64,000 bases of DNA from Candidatus Marinacidobacterales bacterium (GCA_965247365.1 CBDFHB010000001.1:598221-662220), one strand, 5' to 3'; shown: positions 1-9,783, counted from the first letter of the stretch. A program made the numbers and translations. Notes: generated by a model from the letters alone, not told the origin.

Positions 1-436
1 CCGATTTCGCCGATGGTCCCTGCCCGATGATGATGTCGAGCTTGAAATCCTCCATCGCAGGATAGAGCACTTCTTCGATGGCGGGGTGCAGCCGATGGAT
101 CTCGTCGATGAAAAGAACGTCTCGGTCCTCGAGGTTGGTCAGCAAAGCCACGAGGTCCCCCGTCTTCTCGATGAGAGGCCCCGCAGTGGTCTTGATGTTG
201 ACGCCAAGTTCGTAAGCCACGACGTGCGCGAGCGTCGTCTTGCCGAGGCCCGGAGGCCCGTAGGTCAAGAGATGATCCATCGCCTCGCCACGTTCCCGGG
301 CCGCCTGCACGGCGATCTCGAGCTGATTCAGGATCTTCTTCTGGCCGACGTACTCGGAGAAGCTCCGCGGACGAAGACTCTGATCGAGGGAAAGATCCTC
401 ATCGGTCCGGCCGAGGGTGACCAAACGCTCCGTCAT
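1..436 (-). CDS. ruvB: Holliday junction branch-migration helicase RuvB (5' part; continues beyond window start)
   Basis: Manual minus-strand translation from ATG at 436: MTERLV...[13 protein letters not shown]...[11 protein letters not shown]...LFIDEIHRL...LYPAMEDF. Not in the ORF track because it is truncated. Confidence 0.96.
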   Translation of the reverse strand, partial: MTERLVTLGRTDEDLSLDQSLRPRSFSEYVGQKKILNQLEIAVQAARERGEAMDHLLTYGPPGLGKTTLAHVVAYELGVNIKTTAGPLIEKTGDLVALLTNLEDRDVLFIDEIHRLHPAIEEVLYPAMEDFKLDIIIGQGPSAKS

Positions 437-531
437 GATTCCGGAAAGTGTACCTCAATCCCGGAAAGCGAGTCGTTGCTTTGACGTCCCTCAGTCAGGG
501 GGAGCTCGAAGCGCGCGGCGGTTGAGTTGTT

Positions 532-2436
532 TTACGAAATCCAGGCGGAGGCAAGGTTATAGGTGACGAAGCTCGCCGCGTAGGCGAGACCGAGCATGTA
601 GGTGAAGGCGAAGGCGGGCCACTTCCAGCTGCCCGTTTCCTTCGCCATCACGACGATAGTCGAAGTGCACTGGAGCGCAAAGACGAAGAAGACGAGAAGC
701 GACAAGGCGACAGCGATGTCGAAGGTGGGCCGTCCCGTAGCTGGATTGGTGTCGTTTTGGAGTTTGCCTCGCAAGCCCTCGAAGTCCTCGGGGTCGCCGA
801 CCGCATAGATTTGAGCGAGCGTCGCGACGATGACCTCGCGCGCGGCGAGGCTCGCGACGAGGCCGACACCTATCTTCCAGTCGAAGCCCAAGGGAGCGAT
901 GGCGGGCTCGAGACCTCGACCGATATGACCGGCGACGCTCACCTCGACCTGCTGCTGGGCCTGGGCTTCGGGAGTCGCCGCCGGGTCGACAGGGGCCCTC
1001 GGGAAATTGAGAAGCGCCCAGACGACGACGGAGACAGTAAAAATGATCGTCCCGGCACGCTTGAGGAAGGCACGGGCGCTGTTCCAAACCTGAGACAGAA
1101 GAAGCTTCGCCGTGGGGAACCGATAGGGTGGAAGCTCCATGTAGAAGGTCGAAAGCTTGCCGCGCACGACCGTCGACTTCAGGAGCGCAGCCGAGGCCAA
1201 TGCCGTCAGGGAACCGAGCGCATAGAGCCCGAACATGACCAGGCCTTGAATGCCGAACACACCGCCGATCTTCTGGGCGGGGATGAAGGCGGCGATGAGC
1301 AACGTATAGACCGGAAGCCTCGCGGAACAGGTCATGAAGGGAGCGACGAGGATCGTCGCGAGGCGGTCGCGAGGAGAGGGAATCGTGCGCGCGGCCATGA
1401 TTCCGGGAACCGCGCAGGCGGAACAAGACAAGAGGACGACGAAGGATCTTCCCTGGAGTCCGACCCAGCCCATGATCCGGTCGACGACGAATGCCGCACG
1501 CGCCATGTAGCCGACATCCTCTAGAAAGTGGATAAGCGTGAACAAAATGACGATCTGTGGGAGAAAGACCAGCACCGAGCCGACGCCGGCCAGAATCCCG
1601 TCAACCCAGAGATCGGCCAGAAGGCCGGTGGGCAAAACGGCGCGAGAGATGCGTCCCATCTCACCGAAGACGGACTCGATAGCGTCCATCGCGGGTACGG
1701 CCCAAGCGAAAATGCTCTGGAACACGAAGACCATGACCCCGAAGAACACGAGAGCGCCGGAGACGGGATGCAAAAGCCAGCGATCGATGAGGTCGCTTCG
1801 GCTGTCGGGCTTGATTTGGGTGGCACCGATATCCTGGCATACCCGATCGACCCAGGCGTAGCGCGCCTCGGGCTCGTCCGTTCTATCGAAACGCTTCGCC
1901 CGCGACCAGTCTTCCGGCCGCTGGAGCGCCCGTGAGAGGGCGTCGAGGCCGACTCCCCGGTGCCCCACGATGGGCAAGACGGGCACACCTAGAATCTTGC
2001 TCAGCTTGCCGAAATCGATCTTGCCACCACGAGCGCGCATCTCGTCAATCATGGTGACCACGAGGGCTGACGGGAGCCCGGCATGCGCCTCCAGAGCCTC
2101 GAGTACCATCGCCAGACTTCGTTGCATCGTCGTCGCGTCGACGACCATCAGAAGCGCGTCCGGCTTGTCTTCGATGCTTCCGTCGAGGACTTGCTCGACA
2201 ATCCGCTCGTCCAGGGACTCCCCACGGAGGCTGTAGCTTCCAGGAAGGTCCAAGACTTTGATGGTTCTTTCGGTTCCCCGAATGCGTCCTTCACGGCGCT
2301 CGACGGTCACGCCGGGGTAGTTCCCGACCTTGGCCCGGGCCCCGGTCAAAGCGTTGAAGACGGTGGTCTTGCCAGAGTTCGGCGCGCCGAGGAGGGCGAT
2401 GCGGAGCGGAGTCGAGGGAAGCGCGGTGGTGCTCAC
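532..2436 (-). CDS. feoB: Ferrous iron transporter FeoB
   Basis: N-terminal GTPase motifs GAPNSGKT, VGNYPGVTVE, DLPGSYSL, followed by a polytopic membrane domain (PFMTCSARLP, MELPPY). Confidence 0.96.
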   Translation of the reverse strand: MSTTALPSTPLRIALLGAPNSGKTTVFNALTGARAKVGNYPGVTVERREGRIRGTERTIKVLDLPGSYSLRGESLDERIVEQVLDGSIEDKPDALLMVVDATTMQRSLAMVLEALEAHAGLPSALVVTMIDEMRARGGKIDFGKLSKILGVPVLPIVGHRGVGLDALSRALQRPEDWSRAKRFDRTDEPEARYAWVDRVCQDIGATQIKPDSRSDLIDRWLLHPVSGALVFFGVMVFVFQSIFAWAVPAMDAIESVFGEMGRISRAVLPTGLLADLWVDGILAGVGSVLVFLPQIVILFTLIHFLEDVGYMARAAFVVDRIMGWVGLQGRSFVVLLSCSACAVPGIMAARTIPSPRDRLATILVAPFMTCSARLPVYTLLIAAFIPAQKIGGVFGIQGLVMFGLYALGSLTALASAALLKSTVVRGKLSTFYMELPPYRFPTAKLLLSQVWNSARAFLKRAGTIIFTVSVVVWALLNFPRAPVDPAATPEAQAQQQVEVSVAGHIGRGLEPAIAPLGFDWKIGVGLVASLAAREVIVATLAQIYAVGDPEDFEGLRGKLQNDTNPATGRPTFDIAVALSLLVFFVFALQCTSTIVVMAKETGSWKWPAFAFTYMLGLAYAASFVTYNLASAWIS

Positions 2437-2681
2437 GGGCGGTCCGGGTCCGCGTTCACGTAGACTGCGGCGAGATCACCGCGGCGAAGGCAAATGCGGT
2501 ATCCGCGGAGCTCGAGCTCTACGGGGTCGCCGAGAGGCCCACGTCGGAGGACCTGGACCGCCGTGCCGGGCACGAAACCCAACTCCCGCAAACGCCAGGG
2601 GATGGAGCCGTTATCCTCTCGCTCGACGATACGCCCCCGAAACCCGGGTCGCTGATCCCCCAGTCGTTCGCGTTCGGCCAT
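2433..2681 (-). CDS. feoA: Ferrous iron transport protein FeoA
   Basis: RLRELGFVPGTAVQVLRRGPLGDPVELELRGY motif; 4-bp overlap with feoB. Confidence 0.93.
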   Translation of the reverse strand: MAERERLGDQRPGFRGRIVEREDNGSIPWRLRELGFVPGTAVQVLRRGPLGDPVELELRGYRICLRRGDLAAVYVNADPDRP

Positions 2682-2706
2682 GCTCGGATCTTAGCCGATG
2701 TATTCT

Positions 2707-2725
2707 GAAAATGAAACTCAATGTT
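2707..2725. promoter_or_regulatory. Fur-box-like operator upstream of feoA
   Basis: GAAAATGAAACTCAATGTT matches 13/19 of GATAATGATAATCATTATC, in an AT-rich patch just upstream of the feoA start. Confidence 0.65.
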
Positions 2726-2746
2726 ATTTTGAGGGGCCGAGCGCCC

Positions 2747-4537
2747 TCAGACCTCGAGCCCGATCGAACGCATCAAGTCGAGCGCATTGCTCTTCTTCAC
2801 CACGCCCGGACGCATGACATAGTCGAAGCGGATCTCGCCGTTTTCGATCTGGTCCTCGAAGTGCACGTTACAGGCCTTCTCCCCCAAGGCCTCAGCGAGC
2901 TGTGACAAGGCCAGATCGTGGGTGGTAATCAGTCCAAAGGCACCTCGATCGACGAGGCCCCGAACCACGGCATCCGCGCCGATGCGCCTATCGTGTGAGT
3001 TCGTCCCGTGAAGGATCTCGTCCAGCAGGAAAACGAGGGGCGTTTTTCCGCCAGCGAGCTCCATCACTTGCCGCAACCTGAGGATTTCGGCATAAAAGTG
3101 GGAAATCCCGTCCTGGAGAGAGTCCTGAATCCGAATCGAGGCAGCCACCTGCAACGGGGAAAGCGATAGTTTTTCGGCTGTGACCGGCGCCCCGGCGAGT
3201 CCGAGAACGCAGTTCACTCCGATCGCACGGAGCAGCGTGCTCTTACCCGACATGTTGGAACCGGAAACGACAATGAGGCGACTCTCGCTGCCCAGCCGAA
3301 CGTCGTTTCTCACCAATAGATCCGATCGGATGAGCGGATGGCCGAGGCCTTCGGCGACGAAGAGCGCATCATCCTCGACGATTTCGGGGAAAGGATGCTC
3401 GGGATGCTCGAAGTGGTAGGTGGCAAGTGCCACGAGGGCATCCAGCTTTCCCACCGCGGAGAGCCACCGGGGCACGGACGGTCCGGCCGCCGCGCGAAAC
3501 CGCTCTAGCGCGAAAGCGAATTGAGTTCCCCACAGGAGCAGGGCGGCGATCGGCGCGAAGAGCTGGTTCCGGCGCGCATCGAGATAGTCGACGAGGCGCC
3601 CCAATCGATGGACTTGCCTCGACGCCCGCTCCCCATCGGCCGCTAGATTCCCCTGTAGCTCGACGAGCAGGCTCGACGTGAAGGCCTCGCGTTCGAAACG
3701 TTTCAGAAGGGACGACAAAACGCCGAGGCTCCGGGACGGTTCCTCGACTTCCGTGAGCACGCCCCGCGCCCAGGGACGGAGCGCTACGACGAGTGCGCCG
3801 CTCACCATCAGGGTCACGAGAAAAGGCAAGCGGCCCGTCCAAGACATTAGCCAGGTGACGGCGAAGGTTAGATTGGCGAGGCCGAAGAGTAGTACCGCGA
3901 GGCGTGTCACGGCTTTGGTGCTCTCCGGAACTTTCGTGGCCCACGTCGCGAGCGCCTGCGAGTCGACGTCAGCCCCTACTTCCGCGTGCTCGCTCGCGAT
4001 GGCTTCCCTGAGCTTGAGAAGGGGCGCGAGCTCCCGCACCGCGTCTTGCCGGCGAGGTATCTCCGCAGACGGCGCCGGCTGCCTCAACCAGTCCGCGAGC
4101 GTCTGGGCTCCCCAGACGCTCTTCGTTGTCGCAAGCAGCTCGAAAAGCGAGCCCTTCCCGAAGATGTCGAGGTCACCCGCATAGGGGTGTAGCGAGTCGG
4201 CAAAGGCCGCTCCGGTCTGACCCTCTCCCGGCCAGCGATCTTCGAGACGCGCGATGCCGCGGCGATAGAAAAGCTCAGCACGTTCGCACCGCCGGAGAGC
4301 ATCGTTTCGATCCGCGTGGATCCAAACGAGCGTGAAGAACGCCACGGCCGGAGCGAACAGCCAGGGCCAGGAGACACGATCCGTCTCCCAGACGAACCAC
4401 GCGATCATGACCCCGATGGCGAAGACGGCGAGCCTCGTGTAAGCGATCCAAGCGAGCCTTCGAAGGTGGAGCTCTTTCTCGGCGCGGCGTAGATCGAAGC
4501 GCTCGCGGTAGAGGTCGAGGATCTCGGTTCTTGTCAT
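2747..4537 (-). CDS. MutS-family ATPase (domain V only) with N-terminal transmembrane segments
   Basis: SGSNMSGKSTLLR Walker A, SHFYAEI, LLDEILHGTNS, TTHDL; hydrophobic N-terminal helices; no mismatch-binding domain. Confidence 0.88.
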   Translation of the reverse strand: MTRTEILDLYRERFDLRRAEKELHLRRLAWIAYTRLAVFAIGVMIAWFVWETDRVSWPWLFAPAVAFFTLVWIHADRNDALRRCERAELFYRRGIARLEDRWPGEGQTGAAFADSLHPYAGDLDIFGKGSLFELLATTKSVWGAQTLADWLRQPAPSAEIPRRQDAVRELAPLLKLREAIASEHAEVGADVDSQALATWATKVPESTKAVTRLAVLLFGLANLTFAVTWLMSWTGRLPFLVTLMVSGALVVALRPWARGVLTEVEEPSRSLGVLSSLLKRFEREAFTSSLLVELQGNLAADGERASRQVHRLGRLVDYLDARRNQLFAPIAALLLWGTQFAFALERFRAAAGPSVPRWLSAVGKLDALVALATYHFEHPEHPFPEIVEDDALFVAEGLGHPLIRSDLLVRNDVRLGSESRLIVVSGSNMSGKSTLLRAIGVNCVLGLAGAPVTAEKLSLSPLQVAASIRIQDSLQDGISHFYAEILRLRQVMELAGGKTPLVFLLDEILHGTNSHDRRIGADAVVRGLVDRGAFGLITTHDLALSQLAEALGEKACNVHFEDQIENGEIRFDYVMRPGVVKKSNALDLMRSIGLEV

Positions 4538-4541
4538 TACT

Positions 4542-4711
4542 TAGTGCTCACTCGCCTCTTCGGCTCGTTCGCTCCCCTCGCTCCTCGCTCGGGGGAACGG
4601 CCGGCCCACTCGGGCCGCGCTCGCGGCCGATGTTTCGATCTGCCGCTCGCATTCCAGACTGCTCGCTCGGCTCTTCGCCTCGCTCGCGGCCGCGCTCCTC
4701 AATCGGCACTA
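4542..4711. repeat. ~170-bp MITE/REP-like palindromic element
   Basis: Ends TAGTGC...GCACTA are inverted. The interior is rich in GCTCGC/CTCG units with rearranged internal copies. The right end overlaps the ruvA stop codon. Confidence 0.5.
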
Positions 4712-5311
4712 GCCGGAGAGCTCTCGCAAGGCTTTCTTCAGAGCGTCTTCAAAGGCGATATCCGGAGCCGAGGTAACGACCGCCTCCACTTTCGTCTCGG
4801 CCAGAGCCCGAGGGAACCCGAGGTTCAAGAGCGCTGATAGAAGATCATGGGTGAGCGACCGCGCGCTGCTGGTCGCTACCGGTATGTCGGATTCGTCTCC
4901 CGCGGCCACTTCCGGCATCTTGTCCCGAAGCTCCAGGACAAGGCGCTCGGCTGTTTTCTTGCCGACACCGGGGATCGCGTTGAGGCGCCTGATGTCCCCT
5001 TTCCGGATCGAGTCCACTAGCGCCGTCGGCTCGAGGCCTGACATGACTTTGAGAGCCAAAGAGGGTCCGACCCCGGCGACGGATATGAGGCGCTGAAACA
5101 GCAGCTCCTCGACGGCGCCGGCGAAGCCATAGAGGGCCAAGACGTCCTCGCGCACGTGCGTATGCACTCGAAGCGAGACCGATGCCCCCTCGTCAGGCAG
5201 CTCGTAATAGGTGGACACGGGGATGAAGAGCCGATAGCCGACGCCACCCACGACAACGGTGACCTGGTTCGGTGTCTTCTCGGCGAGGCGGCCTTCCAGA
5301 TGAGCGATCAC
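4709..5311 (-). CDS. ruvA: Holliday junction DNA-binding protein RuvA
   Basis: GTG start at 5311 overlapping the ruvC stop; MIAHLEG...HTHVRED...LYGF...GVGP...IPGVGKKTAERLVLEL. Confidence 0.95.
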   Translation of the reverse strand: MIAHLEGRLAEKTPNQVTVVVGGVGYRLFIPVSTYYELPDEGASVSLRVHTHVREDVLALYGFAGAVEELLFQRLISVAGVGPSLALKVMSGLEPTALVDSIRKGDIRRLNAIPGVGKKTAERLVLELRDKMPEVAAGDESDIPVATSSARSLTHDLLSALLNLGFPRALAETKVEAVVTSAPDIAFEDALKKALRELSG

Positions 5312-5802
5312 GAGGATCGAACTTTCTCGGCGAACCGGAGTTGATTCGCGTGGCAAATGGCTACTGCCAGAGCGTCCGCGGCGTCGTGGGGCTCGGGTGG
5401 CTCGTCGAGGGCGAGCAGGATGGCGACCATCTTCTGAACTTGGAACTTATCGGCCCGGCCGTAGCCGACGACCGCTTGTTTTACCTCGAGGGGAGCGTAC
5501 TCGTGGACGGGCATCCCACGGATAACTCCCGCCAGGACCACGACTCCTCGCACGTGACCGAGTTTCAGCGCGCTCTTGACGTTCGTCGCGTAGAACATGT
5601 TCTCCACCACCATCTGGTCGGGGTGGCATCGATCCACGACTTGGAGCACACTCTCGTAGATCCGTCGGAGCTTTTCGGGAAACGAGAGCTTGGTTCGGAT
5701 ACGAATGACACCTTGCTCGACGAGCACATGCCGAGACCCGTCGGTATCGATGGCACCGTAGCCCGTAACCTGAGAGCCTGGGTCGATGCCGAGAATCCTC
5801 AA
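5308..5802 (-). CDS. ruvC: Crossover junction endonuclease RuvC
   Basis: MRILGIDPGS...VKQAVVGYGRADKFQV...DAADALAVAICH. Confidence 0.96.
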   Translation of the reverse strand: MRILGIDPGSQVTGYGAIDTDGSRHVLVEQGVIRIRTKLSFPEKLRRIYESVLQVVDRCHPDQMVVENMFYATNVKSALKLGHVRGVVVLAGVIRGMPVHEYAPLEVKQAVVGYGRADKFQVQKMVAILLALDEPPEPHDAADALAVAICHANQLRFAEKVRSS

Positions 5803-5820
5803 GGCGGATTCCGTCTGAGA

Positions 5821-6573
5821 TCAGTTCGACATGGCGGCTTCGATCTCTTTCTCTGCGATATCGAAGTTCGCCCAGACGTTGGTGAGATCGTCGTGATCCT
5901 CGAGTGCATCCATCAGCTTCAACATCTGTTGGGCTTGTTTGCCCACGAGCTTGACGTTCGTCTGCGGGATCATCGAAACCTCTTCGACGAGTAGGGATAT
6001 CTCCTTCGCTTTAACCGCATCGCGCACCGCTTCGAAGCTCTCGGGTGGCGTCAGGATTTCCCAATTGCCGTCGTCCTCCTTGACGTCCTCCGCTCCCGCT
6101 TCGAGGGCGATCTCGAGAAGTTCCTCCTCCTCAATGGCTGCCCGCTCGACCACAACGTAGCCCTTCTTGTCGAAGATCCAGTTCACCGAGCCGGACTCTC
6201 CCAGATTTCCGCCGTACTTCGTGAAGAGGTGACGAATATCGCCCACCGTCCGATTCCGGTTGTCCGTGGTCGCTTCGATCAAAACCGCCACGCCCCCCGG
6301 TCCATAGCCCTCGTATTGCACCTCTTCGAGGTTATAGCCCTCGAGCTCGCCGGTGCCCTTCTTGATCGCGCGCTCGATATTGTCTTTCGGCATGTTCTCC
6401 GCTTTTGCTTTGTCCACCGCCAAACGGAGTCTCGGATTGAAGTTGATGTCACCGCCACCGATGCGGGCCGCGATGGTGATCTCTTTGATCGTCCTCGTGA
6501 AGGCTTTTCCGCGCTTGGCATCCACCGCTGCCTTCTTGTGCTTGATGGAATGCCACTTCGAATGTCCCGACAT
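5821..6573 (-). CDS. yebC: YebC/PmpR family protein
   Basis: [31 protein letters not shown]; typical position upstream of ruvC. Confidence 0.95.
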   Translation of the reverse strand: MSGHSKWHSIKHKKAAVDAKRGKAFTRTIKEITIAARIGGGDINFNPRLRLAVDKAKAENMPKDNIERAIKKGTGELEGYNLEEVQYEGYGPGGVAVLIEATTDNRNRTVGDIRHLFTKYGGNLGESGSVNWIFDKKGYVVVERAAIEEEELLEIALEAGAEDVKEDDGNWEILTPPESFEAVRDAVKAKEISLLVEEVSMIPQTNVKLVGKQAQQMLKLMDALEDHDDLTNVWANFDIAEKEIEAAMSN

Positions 6574-6605
6574 CGCCGAGATCGTAGCACGGAGCCCCTT
6601 TGCCC

Positions 6606-7442
6606 TCAATCATCGAAAACGAAGGTCGGCTCCTGGTAATAGCGAACCTTGTGCTCCGCGACCTTGTGCTGAATCTCCTCAGCCAGCCACCGCCGCTTCT
6701 CCTCGAGGGGCAAGTGGGACTTGAGCCAGGGCAACTGCAGATTGAATCCCAGGACGCGTCGGGGAACGAGGACCCTCGTCAGACCGGACGGCAACCGTCC
6801 CCCGACCTCGGCGACGGCCCGCACTTCCTCCTTCGAAAAGTCGGGAAAGGAAACGAGTGCGCCGAAATGAGAGTGGTGCGAGCGCAAGGATTCGACGTCA
6901 TCATGATTGACTCGATCCAAGCGGGCCTCGCCCCGATAGTAGACGTCGACGAAGGACCTGAGATGGCGGACTCGCTCTTCGAGGGAGTCGCTTCCCATGA
7001 GATGGACGGCTTCGCTTCTGCCTGTGAGGAAGCTGGCCAGAAACCCCGCTTCGTTTCTCACCGGATCATCGGGGCGCCCATTCTGCAGTCGCACGCCGGG
7101 GCGCTCGGCGGCTTTTTCGATCAAGGCTCGCGCTTCGATGTCCCGCACGACATGGTTCCAGTGACGGACCTCGAGCTCGGGATTGTCGAAGGACTCCACC
7201 TGAACGAGCAGATGGGCAATGTCGAGGTTCTGGATCGCGGAGGCTCGGTTTGCGCCATCGAGAAGGAGGTAGCGATCGCTTCCGGGCAGGCTTGCAACAA
7301 TAGGTGGGTTCTTCAGGATACCGTCCGCCGAAAGACGGTCGATCAGCCGCGCGACCCGGTCGAGGTCAACGTCCTCGTGCAACAGGAGGTTTTTCACGGG
7401 AACGATGCGCAGGTCGGGGAATCCCCCGGATACCTCGGACAT
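6606..7442 (-). CDS. ParB/Srx-fold SbnI/SerK-like free serine kinase homolog
   Basis: [45 protein letters not shown] correspond to SbnI motifs as recalled (LHE, DGVHR, WQH, FPAGVTR, RCYTEKV). Confidence 0.7.
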   Translation of the reverse strand: MSEVSGGFPDLRIVPVKNLLLHEDVDLDRVARLIDRLSADGILKNPPIVASLPGSDRYLLLDGANRASAIQNLDIAHLLVQVESFDNPELEVRHWNHVVRDIEARALIEKAAERPGVRLQNGRPDDPVRNEAGFLASFLTGRSEAVHLMGSDSLEERVRHLRSFVDVYYRGEARLDRVNHDDVESLRSHHSHFGALVSFPDFSKEEVRAVAEVGGRLPSGLTRVLVPRRVLGFNLQLPWLKSHLPLEEKRRWLAEEIQHKVAEHKVRYYQEPTFVFDD

Positions 7443-7506
7443 TGCTTCTTGCCTCCCCGAGTACGATTGTATCCCTACTGGCCGAGGTGGGAGCGGCATG
7501 TGCGAA

Positions 7507-7872
7507 TCAGGAGCTCACACGCGGCCTGCGAGCGCGGCGACGGGTCTTCTTCGTCGCCGTCCTCAAGAGGTGGTCGACCTCGTCATCGGCCAAACCGTCG
7601 ATGGCGCGGAGCATGCGTGCCGCCTGGCTGGGACGTCGATAGATGATGCGCCTCAGGTCGGTGCCGATGCGGCCCGCCAGAGCGAGAAACTCGTCGGGGT
7701 CCTGACCCAGGGCTTTAGCGATGCGAACTACCTTTGACTCCGCCGGAGGGGGAAAGACGTCTCGCTCGATCGGCGCCAAATAAGTCGGGCTAATACCCAC
7801 TCGCTTCGCGAATTGAGTGATGCTGATATTTTGCTCTTCGCGCAGTCTACGAACTGTTTTGCCGAACTTCAT
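7507..7872 (-). CDS. XRE-family HTH transcriptional regulator
   Basis: MKFGKTVRRLREEQNISITQFAKRVGISPTYLAPIER...PP; RBS GGAGGG upstream of ATG 7872. Confidence 0.85.
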   Translation of the reverse strand: MKFGKTVRRLREEQNISITQFAKRVGISPTYLAPIERDVFPPPAESKVVRIAKALGQDPDEFLALAGRIGTDLRRIIYRRPSQAARMLRAIDGLADDEVDHLLRTATKKTRRRARRPRVSS

Positions 7873-8120
7873 GTTGATGAGTCTCCCTCCTACGCAAGCG
7901 TCGATACAGGCTTGTCGGCGAGGTGGCCGACCATTCACGGGGCAGCGAGCAAGGGTGAGCCCCGTTTCGGTTCTCCGATGACATGGCAGTATCTCGTTTC
8001 TTCGGGAACGACCACCGTTCCAGCACGTGACGCGGTGACTTGGCAGAGCCAAGGTCACCCGCGAGGCTCAGTTTCCAGCCGAGTCGAGTTGGAACGGTAC
8101 TAGTTCTAGGACCCGGGGGG

Positions 8121-8150
8121 ATTCTAATGAGAGGACGAAAGCCGGGTCAA
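8121..8150 (-). promoter_or_regulatory. sigma70-type promoter (TTGACC-18-TAGAAT) facing the XRE gene
   Basis: Reverse complement of attcta-N18-ggtcaa. Confidence 0.6.
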
Positions 8151-8151
8151 G

Positions 8152-8172
8152 CCTCTCCCAGGCAGGGAGAGG
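8152..8172. terminator. Hairpin after the ABC substrate-binding gene (CCTCTCCC/GGGAGAGG family)
   Basis: 8-bp stem with 5-nt loop; a similar core occurs at 25928-25951 and 44114-44134. Confidence 0.45.
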
Positions 8173-8184
8173 TTCGGAAAGACA

Positions 8185-9357
8185 CTAGGGTTGCATCCAG
8201 TCGGAAAGGTGAACCAGCTTGCCACCCTCGGCCTTGACGATGTGGACCGAATTCAACCCCTGATGGCTCTCCCGGCTGAAGCTTATTGGGGTTCCCAGGG
8301 AGTTGTCGCTCCAATTATTGATGGTTTCCAGTGAGGCAATCAGCTGCATGCGAGTCAGCTCGCGGCCCGTTCGTCTCATTCCTTCCACCAGCACTTCCGC
8401 GCGCGAAAGGCCCCACATCGCGTAGGTTCCGAACTCGATGCCCTGGCCATACTTCTCGATGATCTCACGGGCCCTCACGACGCCGGGCTCGTCCGATGTG
8501 GACTCGGGCACGCTGGATGCCAGAATGGCACCTTCCCAGCTTTCACCGACCAGCTCGAACATGATCGGATCGGAAAGGAGCTGGCTTCCCACAATTTGGG
8601 GAGAGTAGTCTTCGATGGCGTCGAGCGCCCTCACGAGCGCGGCGGCTCCCTCGGAAATGGTCCAGACGAAGATCAGGTCGATCTCTTCATCCTTGAATTT
8701 CTGAGCCACGTCCGACAGGTCGGTCTCTCCGACGCTGTAGGTTTGCTCGAGAGCGACTTCCTTGATCTCCGTAAGGCGTAGGCCGACCCTGACGCCTTCC
8801 TGCCCCTCGTGGCCGAAGGAGCCTTCCTGATACAGGAGCCCATACTTTTTGGCTTCGAGCTCCTCCGCGACATAATTGGCCAGGATACGCCCCTCGGTCA
8901 CGTAGGTGGGAAAAGTCGAGAACACATAGGCAATGACCGGAGTCGTCCAAACCCTGACGCCCGAACCGGGATTGACCCATGGGATGGCCTTGAACGCCAT
9001 GTAGTCCTTGACGGCGAGGCAGTTCGCCGTGCCGTTACCGCCGAGCATGGCGAAAATTCGGTCTTCCTCGACGAGCTCTCGTACGACTTCGGGCGTGCGC
9101 GATGCGTCGTAGCCGTCATCTTTGATGATGAGGCGCAGCTTGCGGCCGTTAACGCCGCCTTCGGCATTGACATAGTCGAAGTAGGCCTCCATCGAGCGCG
9201 CGATCGTAGACAAGTTGGAAGCCGGTCCAGTCAGAGGCGCCCAGGTACCAATGACGATCTCGTCGCTCGATACGCCAATGTCCGTTCCACCGCAGGCCAA
9301 GAGGACTACGACGGCAAGACCCGCGAATGAAAACAAAACGCGTCTGCTACCTTGCAT
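8185..9357 (-). CDS. LivJ/K-type ABC substrate-binding lipoprotein (orphan)
   Basis: Lipobox LLAC; PLTGPA, VNAEGGVNGRKLRLIIKDDGY motifs; no permease genes nearby. Confidence 0.85.
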   Translation of the reverse strand: MQGSRRVLFSFAGLAVVVLLACGGTDIGVSSDEIVIGTWAPLTGPASNLSTIARSMEAYFDYVNAEGGVNGRKLRLIIKDDGYDASRTPEVVRELVEEDRIFAMLGGNGTANCLAVKDYMAFKAIPWVNPGSGVRVWTTPVIAYVFSTFPTYVTEGRILANYVAEELEAKKYGLLYQEGSFGHEGQEGVRVGLRLTEIKEVALEQTYSVGETDLSDVAQKFKDEEIDLIFVWTISEGAAALVRALDAIEDYSPQIVGSQLLSDPIMFELVGESWEGAILASSVPESTSDEPGVVRAREIIEKYGQGIEFGTYAMWGLSRAEVLVEGMRRTGRELTRMQLIASLETINNWSDNSLGTPISFSRESHQGLNSVHIVKAEGGKLVHLSDWMQP

Positions 9358-9507
9358 GGTTGCTAACTCTTCCGACTATCGAATCGGCTCCCTCGATTGT
9401 CACACCGAACGAGGAATCCTAGCACGAAACCCCCGCGCAAAGGTGCCCTCCCGCCCTGCCGTGCACATGGTACAATTTTTGACAATCCATTCAGATAGGG
9501 AGTCTCT

Positions 9508-9705
9508 ATGAGCGACGAGCTGGAAGTTGAGGACGACATCTTTCTGGAAGAGGGGGTGCTCTACTGTACCTGCGGCAACCCCATCGAAGCGGACGACGCT
9601 CAAAGCCTCATCGACAAGCAGGCCGGCAAGGAGTTCGTCGCCTGCCCCACTTGCGACATGAAACACTTCGCGGAAAGCGGCCACTTCAAGATCGACGACG
9701 ATTGA
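9508..9705 (+). CDS. Small acidic Zn-ribbon-like protein
   Basis: CTCG...CPTC pair; RBS GGGAG; followed by a strong hairpin. Confidence 0.7.
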   Translation: MSDELEVEDDIFLEEGVLYCTCGNPIEADDAQSLIDKQAGKEFVACPTCDMKHFAESGHFKIDDD

Positions 9706-9712
9706 CGGCACC

Positions 9713-9742
9713 CGGAGGGCCTTCACGCATGAAGGCCCTCCG
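9713..9742. terminator. 13-bp hairpin between convergent genes
   Basis: CGGAGGGCCTTCA-CGCA-TGAAGGCCCTCCG is a perfect inverted repeat. Confidence 0.7.
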
Positions 9743-9783
9743 AGCATCGGTGGGCGGTCGAAGTTTCAGCCTAGTGGAGCTCG

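Noticed and set aside
8108-8150. Possible hammerhead ribozyme (CTAATGA...GAAA inside a GACCCGG stem)
   Set aside because: The core is CTAATGA rather than CTGATGA and no stem II can form; better explained as a minus-strand promoter.
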